Translations under genes and position numbers: made by a program
DNA from: Candidatus Pacearchaeota archaeon
GTDB taxonomy: Archaea; Nanobdellota; Nanobdellia; Pacearchaeales; GW2011-AR1
NCBI GenBank assembly: GCA_041660485.1
Contig: JBAZWF010000001.1
Coordinates: 179,812-243,811 of the forward strand
Length of the DNA: 64,000 bases
Reading direction: 5' to 3'
The notes under the pieces: generated by a model
Told to the model about the DNA's origin: nothing
The model's database searches: none
Seen by the model: only the letters and a program-made list of their open reading frames with translations
In this document: one piece after another, positions 28,981 to 39,013 of the stretch
Layout of the letters: each line of letters opens with the position of its first letter
Numbering within the stretch: the first letter of the stretch is position 1

Positions 28981-29424
28981 ATGGGAATAAAATATGAAGA
29001 GGCGCCTGATTTGCAAATTCAGGCAGAAGAAATTTCTAAAGTATTGTTTCCTCATGTAAAACTTGATAGAATTAAATGCTTTAGGAGTTATGGAACATCT
29101 TCTCGCGGGACTATTGCAAGATGTCATGCTCTTGGAAAGCTAATGCAGAAAACAATTGGAGTTAAAGCGCATTATGCTCTGGAATTTATTTCAGAAAGAT
29201 TTGATAAAATGTCAGAAGAAGAAAAAACCAAAGTTTTAATTCATGAATTGATGCATATCCCATATTCATTTGGTGGAGGATTTAAGCATCATGACTGGGT
29301 AACTGATAGGAATATTAATATTTTATATAAACAATATTTAAACTTGAAGAATAATGATGGAAATCCAAGTTTAATTAATAATGAAAAAGATAAAAAGCTT
29401 GGAAATTACTTTAGGTGGAATTAA
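28981..29424 (+). CDS. Predicted small zinc metallopeptidase (archaeal COG4900-like)
   Basis: HELMHIP (HExxH). The ATG is at 28981; the track start at 28960 is a TTG. Confidence 0.6.
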   Translation: MGIKYEEAPDLQIQAEEISKVLFPHVKLDRIKCFRSYGTSSRGTIARCHALGKLMQKTIGVKAHYALEFISERFDKMSEEEKTKVLIHELMHIPYSFGGGFKHHDWVTDRNINILYKQYLNLKNNDGNPSLINNEKDKKLGNYFRWN

Positions 29425-29569
29425 GTACAATCCTAAAGTTTAAATAGTTTAATTGCTATTATTTATTATTAAATCCCTGGTATGGCCTTCGGGTAATGCC
29501 AGGAGTACCTATTTTATGAAAATTAAAAAATTTTTCAATTTCTCGCTTTAGGAGGTAAAGCTTCGAATT

Positions 29570-30115
29570 ATGGAAAAAAGAAGAGCAATTATTTTTATTG
29601 ATGGAAGTAATTGGTACCATAATTGCAAATCAATAATAAAACCAAGTAAGATTAATTTTCTTAAACTTTCAAATTTTATTTGTAATCATTTTAATTTTGA
29701 TTTAAAAGAAATAAGATATTATAACTCTATTCCAGATATTGCTGATAATGAAGAAGTTTATTATAAACATATTAAATTTTTAGAGGAATTAAAGAAGCAG
29801 GGGATTATTGTTCAAACAAGAAAACTAAAAAAAATAATAAAAGAGAATATAAGTGTAGAAAAAGGAGTAGATGTTTTAATTAGTGCAGATATGATTAAAG
29901 AATCCCTTGTTGAAAACAATTGTGAAGTTTGTATTTTGATATCCGGAGATGCAGATTTTATTCCAGTTATGGAGATAATAAAAGAAGCTAAAAAAGAAGC
30001 AATTACTTGTTGTGTTATCAAAGGTTATGGTAGAGAATTACTTCAGGGTAAATTTAGATATTTAATTTTAAAAAAGGAGGATTTAATTAATTGTTCTGAT
30101 GAAAATAAAAATTAA
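29570..30115 (+). CDS. NYN/LabA-like (PIN-related) ribonuclease-fold protein
   Basis: AIIFIDGSNWYH, GVDVLISADMI, LISGDADFIPV. Confidence 0.75.
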   Translation: MEKRRAIIFIDGSNWYHNCKSIIKPSKINFLKLSNFICNHFNFDLKEIRYYNSIPDIADNEEVYYKHIKFLEELKKQGIIVQTRKLKKIIKENISVEKGVDVLISADMIKESLVENNCEVCILISGDADFIPVMEIIKEAKKEAITCCVIKGYGRELLQGKFRYLILKKEDLINCSDENKN

Positions 30116-30455
30116 GTTAAAAGATAAAGAAATCAGTTTAGAAGCAATTGAAGCAGGTATTTTCCAAAGATTTAGAGGTTTGATGTTTAGAAATAAAGAA
30201 AAAGCACCTATTTTGCTATTTAACATGAAAAAGCAATATGCAATACACTCATTTTTTGTGTTTTTTGACTTTATTACTTTATGGTTAGATAATAAAAACC
30301 GTGTCTTAGAATGGAAAATTGTAAAACCCTTTTCTCCTTATGAAAAATCAAATGCTGAATTTTATAAAATAATTGAAATTCCAATTAATCGACGATATCA
30401 CTCTTTAGTTACCTTTATCGTCGGAGAAAGGTTTAAAAAGACTAATCGTCTATAA
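30099..30455 (+). CDS. DUF192-like protein
   Basis: RFRGLMFR...ILLFNM...FFDFITLWLDNKNRVLE resembles the DUF192 pattern; overlaps the upstream gene by 17 nt. Confidence 0.5.
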   Translation: MKIKIKLKDKEISLEAIEAGIFQRFRGLMFRNKEKAPILLFNMKKQYAIHSFFVFFDFITLWLDNKNRVLEWKIVKPFSPYEKSNAEFYKIIEIPINRRYHSLVTFIVGERFKKTNRL

Positions 30456-30486
30456 ATAATATAATTGTTAAAAAAGGAGGTAAAAA

Positions 30487-30615
30487 ATGGGACAAATTTT
30501 AGTTAAGAATGCTGTTAAAAGAAAGTCAGGTTACCTTTACTATGTAGACGGAAAAGGTAATGTTTGTGAAGCAAAAATGGCTAGAGGCGGCAGAAAGAAG
30601 AAAAAGAAAAAGTAA
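30487..30615 (+). CDS. Small basic protein (42 aa, MGQILVKNAVKRKSGYLYYVDGKGNVCEAKMARGGRKKKKKK); not in the ORF track
   Basis: Strong AAGGAGGT 7 nt upstream of the ATG; lysine tail; read directly. Confidence 0.5.
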   Translation: MGQILVKNAVKRKSGYLYYVDGKGNVCEAKMARGGRKKKKKK

Positions 30616-30714
30616 ACTTTCTTTTTTTATTTTATTCTTTTTTATTTTACTATTTCTCTTTTATTTTTATATTTTATTCGATAGATTTATAACATTTATT
30701 TTAAGTATTTATTT

Positions 30715-31692
30715 ATGATCCTAGGCATTGAATCAACAGCACATACATTTGGCATTGGAATTGTTAATAATGGTAAAATACTGGCAAATGTTAAAGACAG
30801 CTATACCACTGAAAGCGGAGGCATAATTCCTATAGATGCTGCAAAACATCATAGAGATGCTTCTCGTGTTGTTCTAGATAAAGCACTTGAAACTGCTGAA
30901 ATTAAATTAAAAGATATTAAAGCAGTTGCATTTTCTCAAGGTCCGGGTTTAGCTCCGTGTTTAATTGCTGGAAAAAACTTTGCAGTTGAATTAGCTGATG
31001 AATTAAAAGTTCCTATAATTGGAGTAAATCATTGTATTGCACATTTAGAAATTGGAAAAACAACCGGTGCAAAAGATCCGGTAATGTTATATGCATCTGG
31101 AGCAAATACTCAGATAATTGCTTATGCTGGAGGGAAATATCGCGTGTTTGGAGAAACATTAGATATTGGTGTTGGAAACTTTATTGATACTTTTGCACGC
31201 GGAGCAGGTTTAGGATTTCCAGGAGGGCCTAAAATTGCAGAACTTGCTGAAAAATCAAAAAATTATATTGAACTTCCTTATTCAATTAAAGGTATGGATG
31301 TAAGTTTTTCTGGTTTATTAACAAAATTACAGCAAATGTTAAATCAGAAAAAAGCATCAATTGAAGATTTATCTTTTTCACTTCAAGAAACTGCTTTTGC
31401 AATGTTAGTTGAAGCAGGTGAAAGAGCACTAGCACATACTGGAAAAAATGAACTAATTTTAGGGGGAGGAGTTGCATGCAATAAAAGATTAAAAGAAATG
31501 TGTGAGATTATGTGTAAAGAAAGAAAAGCTAAATTTTTCTGCCCTGAAAATCAATTTCTTGTTGATAATGGGGGAATGATTGCTTATCTTGGTGAAATTA
31601 TGTTTAAGTCAGGAATCAAAGAAACAAATTTAGACAAAGTTGATATAAAACCAAAAGAAAGAACAGATGATATAGTTGTGAGCTGGAAATAA
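30715..31692 (+). CDS. kae1: tRNA N6-adenosine threonylcarbamoyltransferase Kae1
   Basis: ILGIESTAHTFGIGIV, GVNHCIAHLEIG, GGGVACNKRL. Confidence 0.9.
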   Translation: MILGIESTAHTFGIGIVNNGKILANVKDSYTTESGGIIPIDAAKHHRDASRVVLDKALETAEIKLKDIKAVAFSQGPGLAPCLIAGKNFAVELADELKVPIIGVNHCIAHLEIGKTTGAKDPVMLYASGANTQIIAYAGGKYRVFGETLDIGVGNFIDTFARGAGLGFPGGPKIAELAEKSKNYIELPYSIKGMDVSFSGLLTKLQQMLNQKKASIEDLSFSLQETAFAMLVEAGERALAHTGKNELILGGGVACNKRLKEMCEIMCKERKAKFFCPENQFLVDNGGMIAYLGEIMFKSGIKETNLDKVDIKPKERTDDIVVSWK

Positions 31693-31736
31693 TCTAATAA
31701 ATATAATTTTATAAATGTCTTTTTTCTGGATTTTTA

Positions 31737-33200
31737 ATGAATAATCCAAAAATAACCCTTGTTGAGCTCCCTCCAACCTCTTTTGGAAAGTTAAATACTC
31801 CATTAGTAAAAGATATTTATACAAGATTTAGACTTCCTGCAAGAGCAAATCCTTTGCTTCATGCTATTCTTTATAATGAAGGTTATGAAGATGTTAAAAG
31901 CATAGACCCTCGGGCAGATAAAAGAAATGAAATAGATGGAAAAGATTTAGAGAGAATTATTAGTTCAGATTATTTGCTTCTTTCTTCAATTACTCGAACA
32001 ATTAATCAGACAGAACAACTTGCAAAATTATATAGACTTGCAAATCGAACTGGCAAAATTATTGTAGGAGGATTTCATGCTTCATTATCTCCTTTAGAAG
32101 TCTTAGAATGGGCAGATGTTGTTGTAAGGCATGAAGGAGATAAAACAATTGTTGAATTATTAAGAAATTTAAATAACGGACTTTCATTAGAAAATGTTAA
32201 GGGAATTAGTTATAGAATTGGAAATGAGTTTATTAATAATCCTTGCAGAGAATTTTTAACAGAAAAAGAATTATCTAATCTTCCTAATCCAGATTATTCA
32301 ATTTATCCACGGAGAACAATGGGAGTCTTAAATACTTCAAGAGGATGCCCGTATGGATGTAATTTTTGTTCTGTAACCGAATTTTATGGTAGAAATTACA
32401 GAAGAAAATCAAATTCAAAAATACTTGAAGAATTAGCTGCTATGGAAAAAACCAAAAAAATATTTTCTAATAGAAGTATTTTTATTACAGATGACAACTT
32501 TGCAATGAAAAAAGAAGAAACAAAAGAACTTTTAAAAGAAATGGCTAAATTAAATAATGGAAGAAAATATACCTGTCAATTAAGTGTTAATTCTGCATTT
32601 GTTAATGGAGAAGATAATATTGATGAAGAATTCTTATATTTATTAAAAAAAGCGAATTTTATTGCAGTATGCCTTGGAGTTGAATCAATTAATGAAGATA
32701 CTCTTAAATCTTATAAAAAACCTGCAACTGCTGAAAGAAATAAAATTGCAGTAACTGAATTTAGAAAAGCCGGGCTTTGGAATCATGTTATGATGGTTAT
32801 TGGGGGAGATGGAGATACAAATGAATCTTTAGATGAAACTGTTGAATGGGCAAGAAAATATGTAGATAGTGTCCAATTTTTTGCACCTATTCCATTTCCA
32901 GGAACCTCACTTACAAAAGAAATGGAAAAACAAGGAAGAATGCTTTCAAAAGATTATTATTTATACGATGGTTTTCACGTTGTTATTGAACCAAAGAATT
33001 TTTCTCCATATGAATTACAAATGAAAATACTTGAAATGGATAAAAAATTTTATACTTTGAAAAATAATCCTTATATAAAAGATTCTGCACGTCCGTGGTA
33101 TAAACGGGGAGTCCATACTTATGCTCAAAAAATGATGTGGGACATTGAGCATGAACCTCAGTCAATTGAACATATAAAAATGCTGAAAAAGATGGAATAA
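31737..33200 (+). CDS. B12-binding-domain radical SAM protein
   Basis: SRGCPYGCNFCSV (CxxxCxxC) preceded by a Rossmann-like B12-binding-type N-terminal domain. Confidence 0.85.
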   Translation: MNNPKITLVELPPTSFGKLNTPLVKDIYTRFRLPARANPLLHAILYNEGYEDVKSIDPRADKRNEIDGKDLERIISSDYLLLSSITRTINQTEQLAKLYRLANRTGKIIVGGFHASLSPLEVLEWADVVVRHEGDKTIVELLRNLNNGLSLENVKGISYRIGNEFINNPCREFLTEKELSNLPNPDYSIYPRRTMGVLNTSRGCPYGCNFCSVTEFYGRNYRRKSNSKILEELAAMEKTKKIFSNRSIFITDDNFAMKKEETKELLKEMAKLNNGRKYTCQLSVNSAFVNGEDNIDEEFLYLLKKANFIAVCLGVESINEDTLKSYKKPATAERNKIAVTEFRKAGLWNHVMMVIGGDGDTNESLDETVEWARKYVDSVQFFAPIPFPGTSLTKEMEKQGRMLSKDYYLYDGFHVVIEPKNFSPYELQMKILEMDKKFYTLKNNPYIKDSARPWYKRGVHTYAQKMMWDIEHEPQSIEHIKMLKKME

Positions 33201-33215
33201 AAATACAAATTGTCT

Positions 33216-33554
33216 TTAATAATATTTTGCTAATTTTGGGTTAAATTTTCCTTTTTCAACTTGAGAGGGGATATTTTTTTTAATTTCCCAAAGATGATGG
33301 CTGATATGATTATAAAATGCACGATATTCCAAAGAGTTATCATAATCTTCTTCAATAGCTGATAAGTCATCATTTAATTTAAACCTCATTATATGCATTT
33401 CCTTTAAGAAATCTTCAACAATTGAATAGTTATCATCAATTTTTTTAACTGCGAAATCAACAATTTTTGAGTCATTTGTTGCTTTTTCAATTCTCTCAAT
33501 TGCTTTTTGTTTTTCTGTTTCTAAAGTTTGAAGCCATTGTTCTAACATAAACAT
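33216..33554 (-). CDS. Hypothetical protein (112 aa)
   Basis: ORF only. Confidence 0.5.
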   Translation of the reverse strand: MFMLEQWLQTLETEKQKAIERIEKATNDSKIVDFAVKKIDDNYSIVEDFLKEMHIMRFKLNDDLSAIEEDYDNSLEYRAFYNHISHHLWEIKKNIPSQVEKGKFNPKLAKYY

Positions 33555-33622
33555 TTGTTTTTTCTGAGGTTTATAAATTTATAGTTTTTTATTATCACAA
33601 ATAATGAGAAAAACTGGGATAA

Positions 33623-34030
33623 TTATTCTACTTTTGCAATATAAGTATCATATCTTGCACCACCATAAAATGCTTTTTTATACTCTTCTGCATCTTTTTT
33701 TCTTGTAAATCCCATATTTCCTTGATAATGGTCTGGAGACAAAATCATTCCACATCCAAAAACTAGATAAGTATTTTGTTTAGGAGTAATTATAATTCCT
33801 TTATCTTTGAGTAAATTAATTAAACCTTCATAAATTTGTTCATTTCCTTCTCTTTTATTATTAATTTCACTTAAACCTTCCCAATTAACATCTTCAATTT
33901 TACCATCTTTTATTCGAGCGTATTTTTTTAGTTCTCTTTCAAAAAACTCTTCATTGGAGGTTGCACGTCGTCTTTTCATGCCATTAAGCTTTTTTGCTAT
34001 TTTATAAAGATTTATGTAATAAAATATCAA
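33623..34030 (-). CDS. Hypothetical protein (135 aa or shorter)
   Basis: ORF only; start uncertain. Confidence 0.45.
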   Translation of the reverse strand: MIFYYINLYKIAKKLNGMKRRRATSNEEFFERELKKYARIKDGKIEDVNWEGLSEINNKREGNEQIYEGLINLLKDKGIIITPKQNTYLVFGCGMILSPDHYQGNMGFTRKKDAEEYKKAFYGGARYDTYIAKVE

Positions 34031-34058
34031 TAATCACAAATTATTTAAATTGTTTTTA

Positions 34059-34409
34059 ATGCAAAATGTAATGCTCAGCAGATTAAATAGGAAAATTAAA
34101 CCACACGGTAACAATAAAATTAAGAAAAATTATCTATTAAGAATTTCAACTCTTGAAGGTAAAAAATATTATGAATCTTTTTCAGCTTTTGGAATAGATA
34201 CAATAAGAGATTATCTGCTTTTAAATTTTAGAGGAGATTTTTCTGCTCCCGGCTTTTATACTAATGAAAATAATAATCGTCCAGTTCAAATAGGCTGTTT
34301 TAATCGACTTGATGATGATACTTATATTAATAAAAATGATGATATTGAACACATTATAGGTATTGACGTAAAACAAAAAAAGCAAAAAATCTGGGAAAAG
34401 GTTTACTAG
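34059..34409 (+). CDS. Hypothetical protein
   Basis: ORF only; first ATG at 34059. Confidence 0.4.
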   Translation: MQNVMLSRLNRKIKPHGNNKIKKNYLLRISTLEGKKYYESFSAFGIDTIRDYLLLNFRGDFSAPGFYTNENNNRPVQIGCFNRLDDDTYINKNDDIEHIIGIDVKQKKQKIWEKVY

Positions 34410-34478
34410 TAAGTTTTATAAACCTTCTTTTTGATAGATAATTAACCGATGAGGTACTAAATTATACGGAGGCCAAAA

Positions 34479-34778
34479 ATGGACTTCTATACAATTGTTG
34501 AAAAAGCAAGAAAAACCGGAAAAATTGAAAAAGGAACTAATGAAGTTACAAAAGCAATAGAACGAGGAACTGCTAAATTAGTAGTTGTTGCTTCAGATGT
34601 TTCTCCAAAAGAAATAATACAACACCTTTCAATTTTGTGCAAAGAAAAAGGCATAAAATACGGAGAAGTTGACAGCAAGCAAAAATTAGGAATATCTGTT
34701 GGAATACCAGTAGCTTGTTCGTCTGTTGCAATTATTACAGCCGGTGATGCTGAAAAAGACATTGCAAATATAAAATAA
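34479..34778 (+). CDS. rpl7ae: 50S ribosomal protein L7Ae
   Basis: [26 protein letters not shown]... Confidence 0.9.
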   Translation: MDFYTIVEKARKTGKIEKGTNEVTKAIERGTAKLVVVASDVSPKEIIQHLSILCKEKGIKYGEVDSKQKLGISVGIPVACSSVAIITAGDAEKDIANIK

Positions 34779-34794
34779 TTTTTTATAAACTAAA

Positions 34795-35082
34795 ATGGCA
34801 GAACAAAAAGACTCGAATCAGAATGAACAGCAGAAGAAAAAAGTAATTAGATTTAGTGAAGAAGCTGTGCCTGCAGTTGTTGAAGATATTCTTGGAAGAA
34901 CTGGATTTAGAGGAGAAGTTACTCAGGTTAAAGCTAAAATTCTTGATGGAAGAAATAAAGGAAGAAGCATGAGAAGAAATGTTAAAGGGCCTGTAAGAAT
35001 TGATGATGTTCTAATGCTTAGAGAAACTGAAATTGAAGCAAGAAGAATAAGAAGCAAAGTTACAAGAGGAGCTTACACATAA
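34795..35082 (+). CDS. rps28e: 30S ribosomal protein S28e (with an N-terminal extension)
   Basis: [26 protein letters not shown]...[25 protein letters not shown]. Confidence 0.9.
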   Translation: MAEQKDSNQNEQQKKKVIRFSEEAVPAVVEDILGRTGFRGEVTQVKAKILDGRNKGRSMRRNVKGPVRIDDVLMLRETEIEARRIRSKVTRGAYT

Positions 35083-35083
35083 C

Positions 35084-35287
35084 ATGCCACAATGTTCATA
35101 TTGTAAAAGAATGTATCATCCTCCAAGAGGATTAACTTTTGTTTTATCTAATGGAGATATTCTTTATTTTTGTTCAAGCAAATGCCAAAAAAATCATAGA
35201 ATGGGAAGAAAACCAGATAATGTAAATTGGATAAGAAAACAAGATAAAGAAATTGAAGCTTCTGAAGAAGCAGAAGAAAAAGAATAA
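35084..35287 (+). CDS. rpl24e: 50S ribosomal protein L24e
   Basis: CSYCKRMYHPPRGLTFVLSNGDILYFCSSKCQKN. Confidence 0.9.
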   Translation: MPQCSYCKRMYHPPRGLTFVLSNGDILYFCSSKCQKNHRMGRKPDNVNWIRKQDKEIEASEEAEEKE

Positions 35288-35317
35288 ATACCTTAAACAC
35301 TTCATAAAATAATAAAT

Positions 35318-35593
35318 ATGGCCTTAAAAAAAGAGAAAAATTCATTTAAATTTTTAATAGCTGCTGCAGTTATTCTATTAGTAATTGTTATTGCAGTTGT
35401 TTTAATTTTTAACTGGGGAGTTTTAGATACTGCTGGAAGAGCAACTATTCAACTTAGTCTTGATAAAGCTGTTGAAACCCCTCCTGCAAAAATAAACGGT
35501 TTTATGCTCTTAACATATTTTGTACTAATTGCTTTAGTTCTTCTTTTAGTTAACTGGATTCTAAAGAAAAAGGTTTTTTCTAAAGAATGTTAA
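35318..35593 (+). CDS. Small membrane protein (91 aa, two TM)
   Basis: ORF with hydrophobic segments. Confidence 0.5.
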   Translation: MALKKEKNSFKFLIAAAVILLVIVIAVVLIFNWGVLDTAGRATIQLSLDKAVETPPAKINGFMLLTYFVLIALVLLLVNWILKKKVFSKEC

Positions 35594-35649
35594 ATAGATA
35601 AGTTTTATATACAATTTATTATTATAATTATAAAAGAGGGAATAATAAG

Positions 35650-36258
35650 TTGTCATATCTAAAACATCTAAATCTTAGCAAGAAGTCTAGTGGCAAAAAG
35701 GAAAATAAAAAACAAAATTTTGAAAATTCAAAAAAAATAAATTCTTATCAAAGAATTAGAATAATAGTTCCTAAAACTCTGCCATTTATCATAATAATAA
35801 TGTTATTAGCAATAATTATTTTTGGAGTATTTATTATTAAAAGCAATATTACTGGAGAAGCAATATTAATAAGCAACCCAAAAATTATATTTTTATCTGG
35901 AGCAGAGCAATTAAATTCAGATAAATTAGTTATTTCAGATATTTATGAAAGGGTTAAATCACAAGATGATAATTGGAAAATAATTAAGCCTAGCGAGTTT
36001 ATCAGAGTGAGTTTTGAATATAATTTAGGAAATAGAAACGATCTTTCTATTTATGCAAAATCAATTAGTAACAGCCCTGCAAGAATTAATGTATATAGAA
36101 AAGGAGATAATCAACCTATTGCAATATTTACAGATATTTCTGAACAAGGATATTACAAAGTTTATCTAAGCGGGCTTAACAAAAATGAAATAACCAATAC
36201 TTTTGATTTAGAGATTTTAGATAACTCTATAGAATTCGATTATATTTTTGACCCTTAA
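35650..36258 (+). CDS. N-terminally membrane-anchored hypothetical protein (TTG start as in the track)
   Basis: ORF; TM FIIIIMLLAIIIFGVFII; start codon uncertain. Confidence 0.45.
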   Translation: MSYLKHLNLSKKSSGKKENKKQNFENSKKINSYQRIRIIVPKTLPFIIIIMLLAIIIFGVFIIKSNITGEAILISNPKIIFLSGAEQLNSDKLVISDIYERVKSQDDNWKIIKPSEFIRVSFEYNLGNRNDLSIYAKSISNSPARINVYRKGDNQPIAIFTDISEQGYYKVYLSGLNKNEITNTFDLEILDNSIEFDYIFDP

Positions 36259-36408
36259 ATCAATAAGATTATCTTCTCGTCGCTAAAAAATGGCATTTTG
36301 TCGTCGATAAAAGCGCTTTTGTCGATAGAAAGCTTTTTAAACCAAGAAGGCCTTTTCAGAGGGTAAAATCTGAATAAAAATACGGATTTTCTCATATCTT
36401 TTACAAAA

Positions 36409-38727
36409 ATGGCAGAAGAATATTCAGCAAAGTCAATTAAAGTGCTAGAAGGCTTAGAAGCAGTTAGAAAACGCCCTGCAATGTATATAGGAAGCACTGG
36501 TAAAGATGGGTTGCACCATTGTTTCTATGAAGTTATTGATAATTCTATAGATGAAGCTCAAGCAGGAGAAGCTAATCTGATAGTTGTATCAATAAACAAA
36601 GATGGTTCTTTAAGTGTTACCGATAATGGTAGAGGAATACCAGTTGAAAAGCATGAGTCTGGTAAATCTGCTTTGGAAGTTGTTATGACTAAACTTCATG
36701 CAGGTGGAAAGTTTGAAAATAAAGCATATCAGATTTCTGGAGGGCTTCATGGAGTTGGAGTAACTTGTGTAAATGCACTTTCTAAAAAGCTTGTGGCTGT
36801 TGTTAAACAAGGAGGTAAGATTTATGAGCAAGTGTATAAAAGAGGAGTTCCTGAAGGCTCTGTAAAGGTTATAGGTAGTACTGAAAAAGATGATACAGGG
36901 ACAAGTATTACATTTTGGCCAGATGATGAAATATTTTCAACACTTAATTTTGATTTTAGTGTAATTGTTAATAGAGTTAGAGAGCTGGCTTTTTTAAATT
37001 CAAATGTTAAAATAATTGTAAAAGATGAAAAAGAGGGTAAGAAAGAAGAATTTCATTATGATGGTGGTTTAATTGAATTTGTTAAATGGATAAATCGTTC
37101 AAAATCTTCTCTTCATAAGCCGGTTTATTTTAAAAAACAAACTGATTCAACAATTATAGAAGTTGCAGTTCAGTATGTTGAAGGTTATCAGGATAATATT
37201 TTTGGTTTTGTTAATACAATTAATACTGTTGAAGGTGGAACACATATTTCTGGATTTAAAACAGCTTTAACACGGGCAATTAATGATTATGCAACTAAAA
37301 AAGGAATTTTAAAAAATAGTGATAAGTTAACTGGAGATGATGTTAGAGAAGGTTTAACTGCAATTATTAGTTTGAGAATGAAAAGTCCGCAGTTTGAAGG
37401 GCAGACAAAAACAAAATTAGGAAATTCAGAAATAAAAGGTTATGTTGATTCAGTAGTTTCAGTTGCATTAACAGAATTTTTAGAAGAAAATCCTGATATT
37501 GCAAATAAAGTTGCTAATAAATGCGTTTCAGCTGCAAAAGCTAGAGAAGCTGCAAAAAAAGCAAGAGATTTAGTAAGAAGAAAAACTGCTGTTGGATTTT
37601 CAGGACTGCCTGGAAAGTTGGCAGATTGTTCAACAAAGAAATTTGAGTTGACAGAATTGTATATTGTTGAAGGAGATTCTGCTGCTGGATGTTTTTCTGG
37701 AGATACAAAAGTTGCTTTAGCAGACGGAAGAAATATATCATTTAAAGAATTAGTTAAAGAGTACGAAAATGGAAAAGATAATTTTTGTTATACTATAAAA
37801 AATGATGGAACTATTGGGATTGAAAAAATTGAAAATCCAAGAGTAACGAAAATTAATGCTAATGTAATTAAAGTAATTTTAGACAATAATCAAGAAATTG
37901 TTTGTACTCCAAACCATAAGTTTATGCTAAGAAGTGGAGAGTATAAAGAAGCAAAAGATTTGACAAATGAAGATTCGTTGATGCCATTATATTTAGAAGT
38001 TACTGTTAAAAATAATCATAAAATAAGAAAAATTGAATTGTTAAATGATTTGATTGATGTTTATGACTTAGAAGTTAAAGATACACATAATTTTGCGCTT
38101 GCTTCAGGTGTTTTTGTGCATAATAGTTCAAAAATGGCAAGAGATAAAGAATTTCAGGCAATTTTACCGTTAAAGGGTAAAATTTTAAATGTTGAAAAAT
38201 CAAATCCGGTTAAAGTTTTAAGTTCTGAAGAAATTGTTAATTTAATTACTGCAATTGGAACCGGGATTAAGGAAAATTTTTCAATTGATAAATTAAGATA
38301 TAGTAAAGTTATAATTATGACAGATGCAGATGTTGATGGACAGCATATTAGAACTTTGCTTTTAACATTTTTCTTTAGATATGTTCCTCAGTTAATTGAA
38401 AACGGGAATATTTATGTTGCTATGTCTCCGTTATATAGAGTTAGAAAAGGAAAAGACACTTATGTTTATTCTGATGAAGAATTAGAAAAAGTTTTAAAAC
38501 AATATAATGGGAAAGCAGATGTTCAAAGATTTAAAGGATTAGGAGAAATGGATGCTTCTCAGCTATGGGATACAACAATGGACCCTAAAAGAAGAATTTT
38601 AAAAAGAATTACAATTGATGATGCTGTCAGAGCTGATGAAATATTTTCAATGCTTATGGGAGATATTGTTGGGCCAAGAAGAAAGTTCATTGAAAAAAAT
38701 GCAAATATTGCGGAGATTGATATCTAA
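36409..38727 (+). CDS. gyrB: DNA gyrase subunit B, interrupted by a mini-intein
   Basis: LEGLEAVRKRPAMYIGS, GGLHGVG, EGDSAAG|C...VHN|SSKMARDKEFQAILPLKGKILNVEK, DADVDGQHI. Confidence 0.95.
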   Translation: MAEEYSAKSIKVLEGLEAVRKRPAMYIGSTGKDGLHHCFYEVIDNSIDEAQAGEANLIVVSINKDGSLSVTDNGRGIPVEKHESGKSALEVVMTKLHAGGKFENKAYQISGGLHGVGVTCVNALSKKLVAVVKQGGKIYEQVYKRGVPEGSVKVIGSTEKDDTGTSITFWPDDEIFSTLNFDFSVIVNRVRELAFLNSNVKIIVKDEKEGKKEEFHYDGGLIEFVKWINRSKSSLHKPVYFKKQTDSTIIEVAVQYVEGYQDNIFGFVNTINTVEGGTHISGFKTALTRAINDYATKKGILKNSDKLTGDDVREGLTAIISLRMKSPQFEGQTKTKLGNSEIKGYVDSVVSVALTEFLEENPDIANKVANKCVSAAKAREAAKKARDLVRRKTAVGFSGLPGKLADCSTKKFELTELYIVEGDSAAGCFSGDTKVALADGRNISFKELVKEYENGKDNFCYTIKNDGTIGIEKIENPRVTKINANVIKVILDNNQEIVCTPNHKFMLRSGEYKEAKDLTNEDSLMPLYLEVTVKNNHKIRKIELLNDLIDVYDLEVKDTHNFALASGVFVHNSSKMARDKEFQAILPLKGKILNVEKSNPVKVLSSEEIVNLITAIGTGIKENFSIDKLRYSKVIIMTDADVDGQHIRTLLLTFFFRYVPQLIENGNIYVAMSPLYRVRKGKDTYVYSDEELEKVLKQYNGKADVQRFKGLGEMDASQLWDTTMDPKRRILKRITIDDAVRADEIFSMLMGDIVGPRRKFIEKNANIAEIDI
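37690..38124 (+). mobile_element. 145-aa mini-intein in gyrB (Cys1 ... VHN, +1 Ser), without a homing-endonuclease domain
   Basis: It splits the conserved EGDSAGG-SAKQGRD motif. CFSGDTKV at the N-terminus, VFVHN at the C-terminus, followed by S. Confidence 0.85.
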
Positions 38728-38728
38728 A

Positions 38729-39013
38729 ATGGGAGAAATTATGTTTATTATGGCTCATGAAGAACGAGCTAGAAGAGAAATGAATAAAAGAAAACAAACG
38801 AAAAGAATATTAGTAATTGATGAAGTTGTAAATGAAATTGGAAGAATTGCTGGAAGTGGAAAATATCCTATATGTGCTTATTTTCAAGCATATATGAATT
38901 ACAGAAAACAACTAGTGCAAATGGAAGATGTTGATTCTGTAAAATATTATGATAATTATATTGCAGAAGCTACAAAAGAATTAAATTATACTGAAATTGA
39001 TTTTGAAAAATGA
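38729..39013 (+). CDS. Small protein (94 aa) directly downstream of gyrB
   Basis: The ATG is 1 nt after the gyrB stop. The track ORF 38615-39013 overlaps gyrB only through an upstream extension. Confidence 0.55.
   Translation: MGEIMFIMAHEERARREMNKRKQTKRILVIDEVVNEIGRIAGSGKYPICAYFQAYMNYRKQLVQMEDVDSVKYYDNYIAEATKELNYTEIDFEK

Noticed and set aside
36255-36497. 80-aa minus-strand ORF overlapping the gyrB start
   Set aside because: It is antisense to the gyrB 5' end and the upstream region, with atypical composition and no SD. Likely spurious.
38615-38728. N-terminal extension of the 132-aa ORF overlapping the gyrB 3' end
   Set aside because: An ATG 1 nt after the gyrB stop (38729) gives a non-overlapping coupled gene. 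The extension is an out-of-frame read of conserved gyrB sequence.
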